A DNA stretch of 64,000 bases from Candidatus Udaeobacter sp. (lineage in GTDB: Bacteria; Patescibacteriota; Patescibacteriia; Magasanikbacterales; GWA2-37-8), in contig DATION010000002.1 in assembly GCA_035473115.1 (NCBI GenBank), positions 169,374-233,373 on the forward strand. Reading direction: 5' to 3'. The notes below the pieces were generated by a model. That model was not told the origin of the DNA, ran no database searches, and saw only the letters and a program-made list of their open reading frames with translations. How positions within the stretch are numbered: position 1 is the stretch's first letter; each line of letters begins with the position of its first letter. Below, piece after piece: positions 30,059 through 38,581 of this stretch. The translations under genes were made by a program, and so were the position numbers.

Positions 30059-30565
30059 ATGGCAGACAAAAAAATATTTCCCACAATGATTTCGGAAACA
30101 AATCCAGAAATTAAAGCTCCGCTAGAAGAGCTTGATTTAAAATTGGAAAAAGAAAGCTTTACCGAAAAAGAATCCACCGAACAAAAACCAACCCCCGAAG
30201 ATCTGGCCAGCCCGGCTGCCGAAAAAATCCAGCAACTGTCTCGCAAACCGCACAAGCCTAGACCAGCTATACCTCAAGTCGCCAAAAATGCCGTCATGAT
30301 CAAAATCGAAAAAATAATGGAAGACGGATTAAATGATTCTTACCAGCGCCTCTCCCCTGTTGCCAAACAAGAGTTTAAAATAAAAGGAGAAGAAGCGGCC
30401 GCTCAAATCGGCGAACTCCTCAAAAGCAGTCATGTAAAAGCTAAAAAAATATTGCGTTTAGTTTTAGATTGGCTGCGCATGCTGCCAGGAATAAATCATT
30501 TCTTTTTGGAACAAGAAGCCAAAATAAAAACAGACAGAATTATCGCTCTAAAAGACAAGATTTAA
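30059..30565 (+). CDS. hypothetical soluble protein
   Basis: Start at MADKK, with no TM and a charged N-terminal half. Immediately upstream of the ATPase gene. Confidence 0.5.
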   Translation: MADKKIFPTMISETNPEIKAPLEELDLKLEKESFTEKESTEQKPTPEDLASPAAEKIQQLSRKPHKPRPAIPQVAKNAVMIKIEKIMEDGLNDSYQRLSPVAKQEFKIKGEEAAAQIGELLKSSHVKAKKILRLVLDWLRMLPGINHFFLEQEAKIKTDRIIALKDKI

Positions 30566-30568
30566 ACT

Positions 30569-33124
30569 ATGCCCGCATTTTTTAATTCCTTAAATAATAT
30601 TTTGAATTTCCTTTTAAGGAATAGTTTTTTTAGATCATTGCTCTTACCCGCTTTAGGATTAATAGTTTTTATTTCCTTACTATATATCTTAAGAGCAGTA
30701 CTGATGACCAAAAGCCGCGAAAGCAAAGCTTTTCACAAAACTATTCTGCTCATAAAAGTTCCCAAAGAAAAAAAGAGCGACAAACCGGAATCAAGCGGCG
30801 GAGAAAATAATCTTAATCAAATAAGAGAAGAAATTGCTGTCTCAGAAACAATTTTTTCCGCTATTGCCGGTCTAAAACGAGAAAGCGGATTGCTTGCCTG
30901 GCTAAAAGGCCGCAACGACCATGTTTCTTTCGAAATCGTAGTCAAAGACAGCAAAATATCTTTTTATGTGGCTGTGCCCGATAAAACCAAAGGGTTTGTG
31001 GAACAGCAAATTCACGCTCAATACCCTCACGCCGAAATTACCGAAGAACCTGATTATAATATTTTTAAACCGCAAAGCCATATTGTCGGCGCTTATTTAT
31101 GGCTCAAACATAGCTCCAGCTTTCCTCTAAAAACCTATAAAACTTTAGACAGTGACCCACTGGTAGCACTGCTTAATCCGCTGAGTAAAATTTTAGAAGA
31201 TGAAGGCGCTGTAATTCAGTGCATCGTTCGTCCGGCCACCAATAAATGGCGCAAAGAAGGAGTGGAACTAATCCGCAACATCAAAAAAGGAGAAAAATTT
31301 GAAGACGCTGCCAAACGCAGTTTGCTAAGTAAATTTTTAAAAGGCCTGGGCGAGGCTTTGGTTTCTAGTAAAAAGAAAACCGATCCGCAACAAGCTCCAA
31401 AAACTTACCAGATAACCCAGATGGAAGAAGAGATGGTCAAGCACATGGAAGAAAAAATCAGCCGCGGCGGACTGGAAACTACTTTGCGTTTAATAAGTTC
31501 GGCCAACAGCAAAGAAAAAGCAATGTTAAATTTAGAAAACATTGTCAATGCTTTTAGTCAATATAATTTGTATCGTTACGGCAATACTTTGGCCGCGATT
31601 GTGCCTCGCCGACCTAGCACTCTTATCCGTGATTCAATTTATCGTTCCATGCGCGATGATAAATATATGGTGCTCAACACCGAAGAAATGACTAGTCTTT
31701 GGCACTTGCCTATTCCCAACACCGAAACTCCCAACATCAACTGGCTGGGAGCGCGCAAAGCTCCACCGCCAACCAATATTCCCAAAGAAGGTATTATTCT
31801 GGGCCGTTCAGTTTATAGAGGTGAAGAAACTATTATCCGCATGAAAAGAGATGATCGGCGTCGTCATCTTTATGCTATCGGTAAATCCGGCAGCGGCAAA
31901 TCTGTGTTTATCCAAAACTTGGCGGTTCAAGATATTATTAATGGCGAAGGTGTTTGTGTCATCGATCCACACGGCGATTTTGTGGAATATGTTTTACAAC
32001 ATGTGCCCAAAGAAAGAGCCGAGGATGTAGTTTATTTCAATCCTTCCGATGTAGAAAGACCGATCGGTTTAAACATGTTAGAAATAAATACCGAAGAACA
32101 AAAGGATTTTGCCACTCAAGAAATGATTTCTATCTTTTATAAACTAGTTACCGACCCATCAATGATCGGCCCGATGTTTGAACACAACATGCGCAACGTG
32201 ATGCTTACTTTGATGGCCGACATGAAAAACCCAGGCACTATCGCTGAAGTCCCTCGCATGTTTACCGATGACGAATTTGTTAATGAATGGAAGAAAAAAT
32301 TAACCGATCCGATGGTTTTGGCTTTCTGGGAAAAAGAGATGGCCAAAACTTCTGACTTCCATAAATCAGAAATGTTGGGTTATTTAATTTCCAAAGTCGG
32401 CCGCTTCGTCGAGAATTCCATGATCCGCAATATTATTGGCCAATCCCATTCCGGATTTAACTTCCGCGAAATAATGGATAAGAAAAAAATATTACTGGTA
32501 AACTTGGCCAAAGGTTTGGTCGGAGAAATAAACTCCAATTTGCTCGGTTTAATTATCGTGTCCAAACTGCAGATGACTGCTCTGGAGCGCGCTTCCCTAC
32601 CCGAAGACCAACGCAATGATTTTTATTTATATATCGATGAGTTCCAAAACTTTATTACTGAATCTATCGCTACCATTCTTTCCGAAGCCAGAAAATATCG
32701 CTTAGAGCTTATCATTGCTCATCAGTATATGAAACAGTTGGAAGACAACAAGGGTAAAACCACCGTGCGCGATGCTGTGCTTGGTAATGCCGGTACGATT
32801 GTCTCTTTCCGCATCGGTGTAGAAGATGCCGAAATCTTGGCCAAAGAGTTTGCGCCGGTCTTTAGCGCTTATGATTTGGTAAATGTGGAACAATACACCG
32901 CTTATACCAAGCTCTTAATTGACAATACTGCTGCCAAGCCGTTTAATATGCTTACTTATCCGCCTCGATCGGGCAACAAAGAACTGGCTGCCGCCATCAA
33001 AGAACTCTCTCGGCTAAAATACGGCCGGCCAAGAGAAATTGTGGAAGCGGAAATCAACGAACGAGCCCGTTTGGGAGTAGCTATTGCCGGAAGCGACACG
33101 GCTGCTAGCGAACCATCATTATAA
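30569..33124 (+). CDS. membrane-anchored FtsK/HerA/VirB4-superfamily P-loop ATPase (T4SS-type ATPase-like)
   Basis: N-terminal TM. Walker A YAIGKSGSGKSVF, then CVIDPHGDFVEY, Walker B LYIDEFQNF, and a HQYMKQL box. The first ~420 aa are paralogous to the protein at 38582-40027. Confidence 0.75.
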   Translation: MPAFFNSLNNILNFLLRNSFFRSLLLPALGLIVFISLLYILRAVLMTKSRESKAFHKTILLIKVPKEKKSDKPESSGGENNLNQIREEIAVSETIFSAIAGLKRESGLLAWLKGRNDHVSFEIVVKDSKISFYVAVPDKTKGFVEQQIHAQYPHAEITEEPDYNIFKPQSHIVGAYLWLKHSSSFPLKTYKTLDSDPLVALLNPLSKILEDEGAVIQCIVRPATNKWRKEGVELIRNIKKGEKFEDAAKRSLLSKFLKGLGEALVSSKKKTDPQQAPKTYQITQMEEEMVKHMEEKISRGGLETTLRLISSANSKEKAMLNLENIVNAFSQYNLYRYGNTLAAIVPRRPSTLIRDSIYRSMRDDKYMVLNTEEMTSLWHLPIPNTETPNINWLGARKAPPPTNIPKEGIILGRSVYRGEETIIRMKRDDRRRHLYAIGKSGSGKSVFIQNLAVQDIINGEGVCVIDPHGDFVEYVLQHVPKERAEDVVYFNPSDVERPIGLNMLEINTEEQKDFATQEMISIFYKLVTDPSMIGPMFEHNMRNVMLTLMADMKNPGTIAEVPRMFTDDEFVNEWKKKLTDPMVLAFWEKEMAKTSDFHKSEMLGYLISKVGRFVENSMIRNIIGQSHSGFNFREIMDKKKILLVNLAKGLVGEINSNLLGLIIVSKLQMTALERASLPEDQRNDFYLYIDEFQNFITESIATILSEARKYRLELIIAHQYMKQLEDNKGKTTVRDAVLGNAGTIVSFRIGVEDAEILAKEFAPVFSAYDLVNVEQYTAYTKLLIDNTAAKPFNMLTYPPRSGNKELAAAIKELSRLKYGRPREIVEAEINERARLGVAIAGSDTAASEPSL

Positions 33125-33128
33125 ATTT

Positions 33129-34736
33129 ATGTCTACAATTTACCGTAAATACCGCCCGCAGAAATTTGCTGACATTGTTGGTCAGCAACATATTATCAAA
33201 ACAATTACTAACGAAATAACTAGCGATAAGATTGCCCACGCTTATCTTTTTTCCGGTCCACGCGGCACTGGCAAAACCACTCTAGCTCGCCTGTTGGCTA
33301 AATCTATAAATTGTCAAGATCGTAAAAAAGATAAATTTGAACCTTGCGGTACTTGTTCGGCTTGTACGGAAATTACTAACAGCCACAGTATTGATGTTAT
33401 CGAAATTGATGCTGCCAGCCATACTGGTGTAGATAATGTACGCGAAAATATTATCGACAACGCCCAATTTAAACCAACTAAACTAAAATACAAAGTATTT
33501 ATCATCGACGAAGTCCACATGCTTTCCACCAGCGCTTTTAACGCTCTCTTAAAAACATTAGAAGAACCGCCAAGCCATGTGATTTTTATTCTGGCCACTA
33601 CCGAACAGCACAAACTGCCGGCTACCATTATCTCTCGCTGCCAACGATTCAGCTTCAAACGAGTTGGCTACGATGATATGCTTGGGCGGCTGGAGGAAAT
33701 CTGCAAAAATGAAAAAATAAAAATTGATAAAAAAGTTTTAGAAAGAATCATCAACAAAAGCGATGGCTGCATGCGCGATGCCGAAAGTTTACTTGGGCAA
33801 GTCTTAAGTTTGGATCTAAAAAATATTTCTGCCGAAGACGCCGAGATGATCTTGCCAACTTCTAATGTTGAAACAGTGCTGGAATTTATTAATTTTATTT
33901 TAGAAAAAGAAACCAGCTCCGGCCTAAAATTAATTAATCAGCTGGTTGGCGACGGCGTAAATCTGGAGCAATTTGTTTATGACTGTTTAGAAGTCTTGCG
34001 CCTACTGATGATTTTGCAAATTGATTCGCAAACAAAAAATATTAATACCGATTACAGCGCCGAAGCTGTCAAAACACTCAAAAAACTATCAGCTAAAATT
34101 TCTGCGCCCCAACTAATAAAAATGATTGAATCATTGATTGCTCGCCGCCAAGAAATAAAATCTGCGCCAATGCCACAGCTGCCTTTGGAATTATTTATTG
34201 TGGAATTTACTTGCGCCCCTGACATATCAAATTCCGATATATCAGCTGTAATTCCGACGAAGAAAGAGGAATCCCTGTCTGGTAAGGAAAAAGAAATGGA
34301 CAGAGATCCCTCGTCAGCTAAAGCCTCGCTCGGGATGACAGCCTTGCCAGAAAAACATCACTCCATTTCTCAAACCATAAAAGATGCCGTTTCTTCTATC
34401 ACTCACGGAGCGCCAATTAAAACAACTCTGGAAGAAATAAAAGCCAAATGGGATGAATTAATCCAAGCCATTGCCAAAGATAACCATTCCTTGGGTTTTA
34501 TCTTAAAAATGTGCAAAATTGAAGATATCAGCAACGACGGACTGCGTGTATCTGTCCCCTATTCTTTTCATAAAGACAAACTGGACGAAAATAAAACCAA
34601 AAAAACTATCGAGCAATACTTGACTGACTTTTTCTCTGAACGAATAATGCTGCACTGCGAAGTTTTGGAAACTGTAAATGAAACTAACGACGAATTAAAT
34701 AAATTAGCCGCTGATTTCGGCGGAGAGGTTATCTAA
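33129..34736 (+). CDS. dnaX: DNA polymerase III subunit gamma/tau
   Basis: GPRGTGKTT Walker A, Zn module CQDRKKDKFEPCGTCSAC and DEVHMLS. Confidence 0.9.
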   Translation: MSTIYRKYRPQKFADIVGQQHIIKTITNEITSDKIAHAYLFSGPRGTGKTTLARLLAKSINCQDRKKDKFEPCGTCSACTEITNSHSIDVIEIDAASHTGVDNVRENIIDNAQFKPTKLKYKVFIIDEVHMLSTSAFNALLKTLEEPPSHVIFILATTEQHKLPATIISRCQRFSFKRVGYDDMLGRLEEICKNEKIKIDKKVLERIINKSDGCMRDAESLLGQVLSLDLKNISAEDAEMILPTSNVETVLEFINFILEKETSSGLKLINQLVGDGVNLEQFVYDCLEVLRLLMILQIDSQTKNINTDYSAEAVKTLKKLSAKISAPQLIKMIESLIARRQEIKSAPMPQLPLELFIVEFTCAPDISNSDISAVIPTKKEESLSGKEKEMDRDPSSAKASLGMTALPEKHHSISQTIKDAVSSITHGAPIKTTLEEIKAKWDELIQAIAKDNHSLGFILKMCKIEDISNDGLRVSVPYSFHKDKLDENKTKKTIEQYLTDFFSERIMLHCEVLETVNETNDELNKLAADFGGEVI

Positions 34737-35575
34737 TGCAAAATATAAACTCAAAATTATTTCCTTTCGTTTTTCTAACAATATTTCTGATTGCTAGTCC
34801 TTTGGCTGCGCAAGCTGCAGACATGCTTAACCTGCCCGTGCCTTATATTTCCGAAGCTCCGGATGGGTTAATGGTTAAACCTTGGAACAATTCCTGCGAA
34901 GAGGCTTCCATGTCGATGCTTGATGAATATTATGCCGGTAAGCGAGACAAAAAAACTGCCAATGATACTGCCAAAAAGTCTATCTTGCGCTATGTAAATA
35001 TTGAAAACGAAATTTTTGGCTACAACGGCAACACTAATGCCGCCGAAATTACTAAAACAGTAAACGACTATTCGAAATACTTTGAAGCGACTATAAAAAC
35101 TGATCCGACTTTGGAAGATATAAAAAATGAATTGCAAGCCAACCGGCCGGTAATCGCGCTTCTCTATGGCTACAACTTACAAAATCCACGCATTTTATTT
35201 TCCCGAACCGGCTCCTATTACCACACTTTTGTTATCAAAGGCTTTGATGACACGAACAAAGAATTTATTGTAAATGATAACGGCGACCTGCAAAAAGGCC
35301 TTGACTTGCGCTATTCTTATGATACAATCATGGGCGCTCTACGTGACTATGATCACAAAACTGCCAAGACAGTAAAACCGGCCACAGTGCTGTTTTCTAG
35401 CCAAAGAATGCTGGTAAAAACAGCTAGCAGCAACCGAATTTACGTGATTAAAGATGGTCAAAAACACCACATTACCTCTCCACAAGTGTTTAAAGATCGC
35501 AACTGGAAATGGAGTTTGGTAATGACCGTAGAAAAGGCTTGGTTGGATAAATTTGAGTCAGGATCGGCAATATAA
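34736..35575 (+). CDS. secreted C39-like (papain-fold) peptidase domain protein
   Basis: Signal peptide, then Cys in NNSCEEASMSM and His in YYHTFVIKGFDD, consistent with peptidase_C39-like. Confidence 0.5.
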   Translation: MQNINSKLFPFVFLTIFLIASPLAAQAADMLNLPVPYISEAPDGLMVKPWNNSCEEASMSMLDEYYAGKRDKKTANDTAKKSILRYVNIENEIFGYNGNTNAAEITKTVNDYSKYFEATIKTDPTLEDIKNELQANRPVIALLYGYNLQNPRILFSRTGSYYHTFVIKGFDDTNKEFIVNDNGDLQKGLDLRYSYDTIMGALRDYDHKTAKTVKPATVLFSSQRMLVKTASSNRIYVIKDGQKHHITSPQVFKDRNWKWSLVMTVEKAWLDKFESGSAI

Positions 35576-35584
35576 CCTTTCGCT

Positions 35585-35635
35585 TGTCATCCCGAGCGAA
35601 CCAGCTCTTCGCGAAGGGTGGGTGACGAGGGATCT
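35585..35635. repeat. TGTCATCC...GGATCT dispersed repeat, copy C
   Basis: tgtcatcccgagcgaaccagctcttcgcgaagggtgggtgacgagggatct, right after the peptidase stop. Confidence 0.6.
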
Positions 35636-35664
35636 ATACCTATAAAATAAAATTCAAAATAAAC

Positions 35665-35735
35665 TCCGAGGTGGTCTAATGGTAGGACAGCAGACTCTGA
35701 ATCTGCTTATCTTGGTTCGAATCCAAGCCTCGGAA
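35665..35735 (+). tRNA. tRNA-Gln (anticodon CTG)
   Basis: Acceptor tccgagg/cctcgga, anticodon loop ctCTGaa, T-loop ttcgaat. Confidence 0.8.
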
Positions 35736-35885
35736 CAAAATCTACCATCTAAAACAACTACCACTAAATACTACCCATTGACTAACGGGTTGTTTTATGA
35801 TATATAAATACCAGTTTGTAGCATTTTTTGTGATACAAACCAATCCTAGGCCCAAGCGAGCCTACCCAAAAAAGGAGCAATCGCC

Positions 35886-36332
35886 ATGGTAAGAAAAGTA
35901 AACGTAACTTTTGAGAAATTGCTAAAACGCTTATTACTGATCGAAGGGCAAGATAGAGAGATATTTGATACTCATTTCAAACCAGGGATTAATGCAGCTC
36001 TTGAGCTCGTTAGAACTATCACCTATATCTGTCTAAGTACCCATGACCTCGGTATAGGAGACATTCAAACAAGATCTGCACTACCTTCCTCTATACAGCC
36101 ATTCACCAAACTATTCGTCAGCGGATGGGCAGAGAGAGACGAGTTGATGAATCTAATTAGAAGATCAAGCCGTGTAGAAATCAGGCTTAGCTGTAATGGG
36201 AATGATCAACATAACATAAACGTGGCAATAATCTTTTTTCAGAAAGCTAGGGTTAAGCTAGGTTGTATATACGCAAACTACTTATTCTACAATGGCAGTA
36301 TCTCTTTCACATCTTTCTCTGCCAGTCACTAG
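35886..36332 (+). CDS. hypothetical protein downstream of tRNA-Gln
   Basis: 148-aa ORF with no recognisable motif. Located in a tRNA-adjacent segment rich in palindromes. Confidence 0.35.
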   Translation: MVRKVNVTFEKLLKRLLLIEGQDREIFDTHFKPGINAALELVRTITYICLSTHDLGIGDIQTRSALPSSIQPFTKLFVSGWAERDELMNLIRRSSRVEIRLSCNGNDQHNINVAIIFFQKARVKLGCIYANYLFYNGSISFTSFSASH

Positions 36333-36374
36333 ACGATAGGCAGATTAACTAAATTATTTGCATATTACAACTAG

Positions 36375-36445
36375 TTTAATTAATATAACCTCTGTCGTAC
36401 TATATTTAGAATAAAATTGTAAATATAGTATGAGGTTATATATTT
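36375..36445. repeat. nested imperfect palindrome (~70 bp)
   Basis: atataacctc...tactatattt...aaatatagta...gaggttatat. Confidence 0.5.
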
Positions 36446-36474
36446 AAAAAATTCTACCTAAAGTAGAATTTTTT
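36446..36474. terminator. bidirectional terminator, perfect 12-bp stem
   Basis: aaaaaattctac-ctaaa-gtagaatttttt. Confidence 0.65.
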
Positions 36475-36485
36475 AAATATTAATT

Positions 36486-37280
36486 TTACTTAATTTTTCT
36501 CCCCTCCAAAAATAAAAATAAAGGAAATTCTTTTCGTGCTTTATCTTCCGCCGCAAAACGTGGCCCTCTAGTTGGCTCACGGTGCGAAATCCATTCTTCC
36601 AGCTTGGCTACCGCAAAACCATTTTTGCGCAGCATTTTAAAATACCATTGCAATGATCGGTGAAACGAAACTGTTTTTTCTGATTGTTTCTTGCCCGGAT
36701 TCATATCTATTTCTGTTTGGAATTCCGATAAATACGCATCCATACGGCGATACTGAATTTTGGCTTGCTCATCCCACTGCCAACTGGAAACTTTGGGCGC
36801 GCGAAAGGCTGGGTGGTTTAAAACCAAAAATATACTCCCCTTTTCTTTTAAGACTCTGGCGCACTCGGCTAATACGCCATCCACATTTTTTATATTCTGC
36901 AAAGCTAAAATTATTGTAATAGAATCTACGGATTTATCGGCACAAAAATTAATTTTATCCGCTGGCGATACGTGGTATTCAATATTTTTTGATTTAGCGA
37001 AATCATGCCGCGTAACGTCATTTGAAACGCGGCGGCTCTTGGCGATTTGGATAAGTTCCGGAGAAATATCCGAAGCAATAACTTTGGCGCCGCTTTGCGC
37101 AAAAATACGGCTAAAAAATCCTTGGCCGCAAGCCAAATCTAAGACTATCTGGTTTTTGTCCAAAGTCATTGAACGGATTAAATTTGGCAAAATAACTTTC
37201 TGCTGAAAAGAATCATCGTCTTTCTCTAGCATGCTATCATACCAATTGGCTACTTTGCCCCAAGAAGTTTGTTTTTTCAT
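36486..37280 (-). CDS. class I SAM-dependent methyltransferase
   Basis: Motif I VLDLACGQGFFS with an acidic-loop D after beta2. Carries the in-frame insert ...TRHDFAKSK.... Confidence 0.8.
   Translation of the reverse strand: MKKQTSWGKVANWYDSMLEKDDDSFQQKVILPNLIRSMTLDKNQIVLDLACGQGFFSRIFAQSGAKVIASDISPELIQIAKSRRVSNDVTRHDFAKSKNIEYHVSPADKINFCADKSVDSITIILALQNIKNVDGVLAECARVLKEKGSIFLVLNHPAFRAPKVSSWQWDEQAKIQYRRMDAYLSEFQTEIDMNPGKKQSEKTVSFHRSLQWYFKMLRKNGFAVAKLEEWISHREPTRGPRFAAEDKARKEFPLFLFLEGRKIK
36985..37033. repeat. in-frame palindromic mini-element, copy 1 (inside methyltransferase gene)
   Basis: tttgatttagcgaaatcatg followed by hairpin gccgcgt-aacgtcatttga-acgcggc. Same element in secA (44056-44106) and at 51657-51697. 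Confidence 0.7.
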
Positions 37281-37329
37281 ACCCCTATATTCTAAAGTAA
37301 AAAATCTTATGGGTCAATCTGTCATCCTG

Positions 37330-37403
37330 AACGCAGTGAAGGATCTCTCTCAGTTCAATGTTAAGGGATTCTTCGTTGCACTCAGAATGACAAATAAGCT
37401 CTA
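37330..37403. repeat. TGTCATCC dispersed repeat, copy D (full ~74-bp imperfect palindrome)
   Basis: tgtcatcctgaacgcagtgaaggatctc...gggattcttcgttgcactcagaatgaca. Outer inverted repeat gtcatcctga/tcagaatgac. Confidence 0.6.
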
Positions 37404-37438
37404 ACATTCTTGCCAAAACACCTTAAAAATGATAGTAT

Positions 37439-38296
37439 TTGGGTATGTCAAAAATAATAAACGGAAAACTTATTGCCGCTAAGATAGAAACAGAGACCGC
37501 CAAACAAGTGGCTGCCTTAAAAAAACAAGGCATCACTACCAAATTGGCGGTAGTTTTGGTTGGCGAAAACAGAGCTTCCCGCACCTATATCCGCCGCAAA
37601 CAAGAAGCGGCACAGCGGGTTGGCATTGACTTTGCTTTACATGAATTTCCTAAAAATATCTCCAAAGACGACCTGGCTACGGCCATCAAAAAACTACAGC
37701 AAGAATCAAATCTTTCCGGACTGATTATTCAATTGCCATTACCAGAAAAATTATATAAACCAGAAGTTTTAAACTCCATTGACCCCAGCATCGATGTTGA
37801 TTGTCTAAATGACGCTAATATCGGCAAACTGGTAATGAAAACGAATTTAATTGAACCGCCGACTCCTTGGGCAGTAATCAAAACTTTAAAAGAAATAAAA
37901 TTTAATTTGGCTGGGAAAAACGCCACTATTGTTGGCGCTGGCGCGCTGGTTGGCAAACCACTAGCTATAATGCTAGTAAACGAATATGCCAGTGTTACTA
38001 CCTGCAATAGTTTAACTAAAAATATTAAAAAGAAATGTCTGGAAGCAGACGTGGTAATTTCGGCTGTAGGCAAAAAAAACCTGATTACTGCTGATATGAT
38101 AAAGAAGGGCGCAGTCGTGATTGATACGGGATTTGTTTACGAGAAAGGCAAGATATACGGTGATGTTGATTTTCCTAAAATTTCTAAAAAAACAAGCTTC
38201 ATTACTCCCACTCCGGGCGGAATTGGCCCAATTACCGTGGCCAAACTTCTTCTGAACACTGCTACTTGCGCAAAAAATAAAAATAAGGTAAGGTAA
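37439..38296 (+). CDS. folD: bifunctional methylenetetrahydrofolate dehydrogenase/cyclohydrolase
   Basis: FolD fold with NATIVGAGALVGKPLAIML and ...PTPGGIGPITVA. Confidence 0.85.
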   Translation: MGMSKIINGKLIAAKIETETAKQVAALKKQGITTKLAVVLVGENRASRTYIRRKQEAAQRVGIDFALHEFPKNISKDDLATAIKKLQQESNLSGLIIQLPLPEKLYKPEVLNSIDPSIDVDCLNDANIGKLVMKTNLIEPPTPWAVIKTLKEIKFNLAGKNATIVGAGALVGKPLAIMLVNEYASVTTCNSLTKNIKKKCLEADVVISAVGKKNLITADMIKKGAVVIDTGFVYEKGKIYGDVDFPKISKKTSFITPTPGGIGPITVAKLLLNTATCAKNKNKVR

Positions 38297-38322
38297 ATTT
38301 AAGCAATAACCAAGAGGTCACC

Positions 38323-38490
38323 ATGTCCAATCTCCGTTGCGGATACGTCAAGAATGCCAATACTGGCGAGCAGTGTGGTGGCGAACTGATCTTATGTACA
38401 CGTGGCCACAATCATGATGTGTACAAATGTACAAAAAAAGGATGCGAAAGAACAAATCGCATTTCACATGAACCAAGCGCGGTAGCCTGA
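38323..38490 (+). CDS. small (55 aa) Cys/His-rich zinc-ribbon-like protein, not in ORF track
   Basis: AAGAGGT SD 5 nt before the ATG. Sequence C6...C18...C25..H29xH31...C36...C41. GC higher than the surroundings. Confidence 0.4.
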   Translation: MSNLRCGYVKNANTGEQCGGELILCTRGHNHDVYKCTKKGCERTNRISHEPSAVA

Positions 38491-38581
38491 ACTCTATCCG
38501 CATAACAACCGAAAGAGTTTGTCGGATTCTGCTTTATAAAAACCGTCAATGTAAACTAATAAACGGCTAAAAAGCCAAAAA

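Noticed and set aside
37290-37440. Possible ZTP (pfl) riboswitch upstream of folD
   Set aside because: I looked for the conserved pfl pseudoknot sequence (GGGUCGUGAC...CCGNCCGCCUGGGC). The region instead carries the TGTCATCC palindromic repeat, so there is no support.
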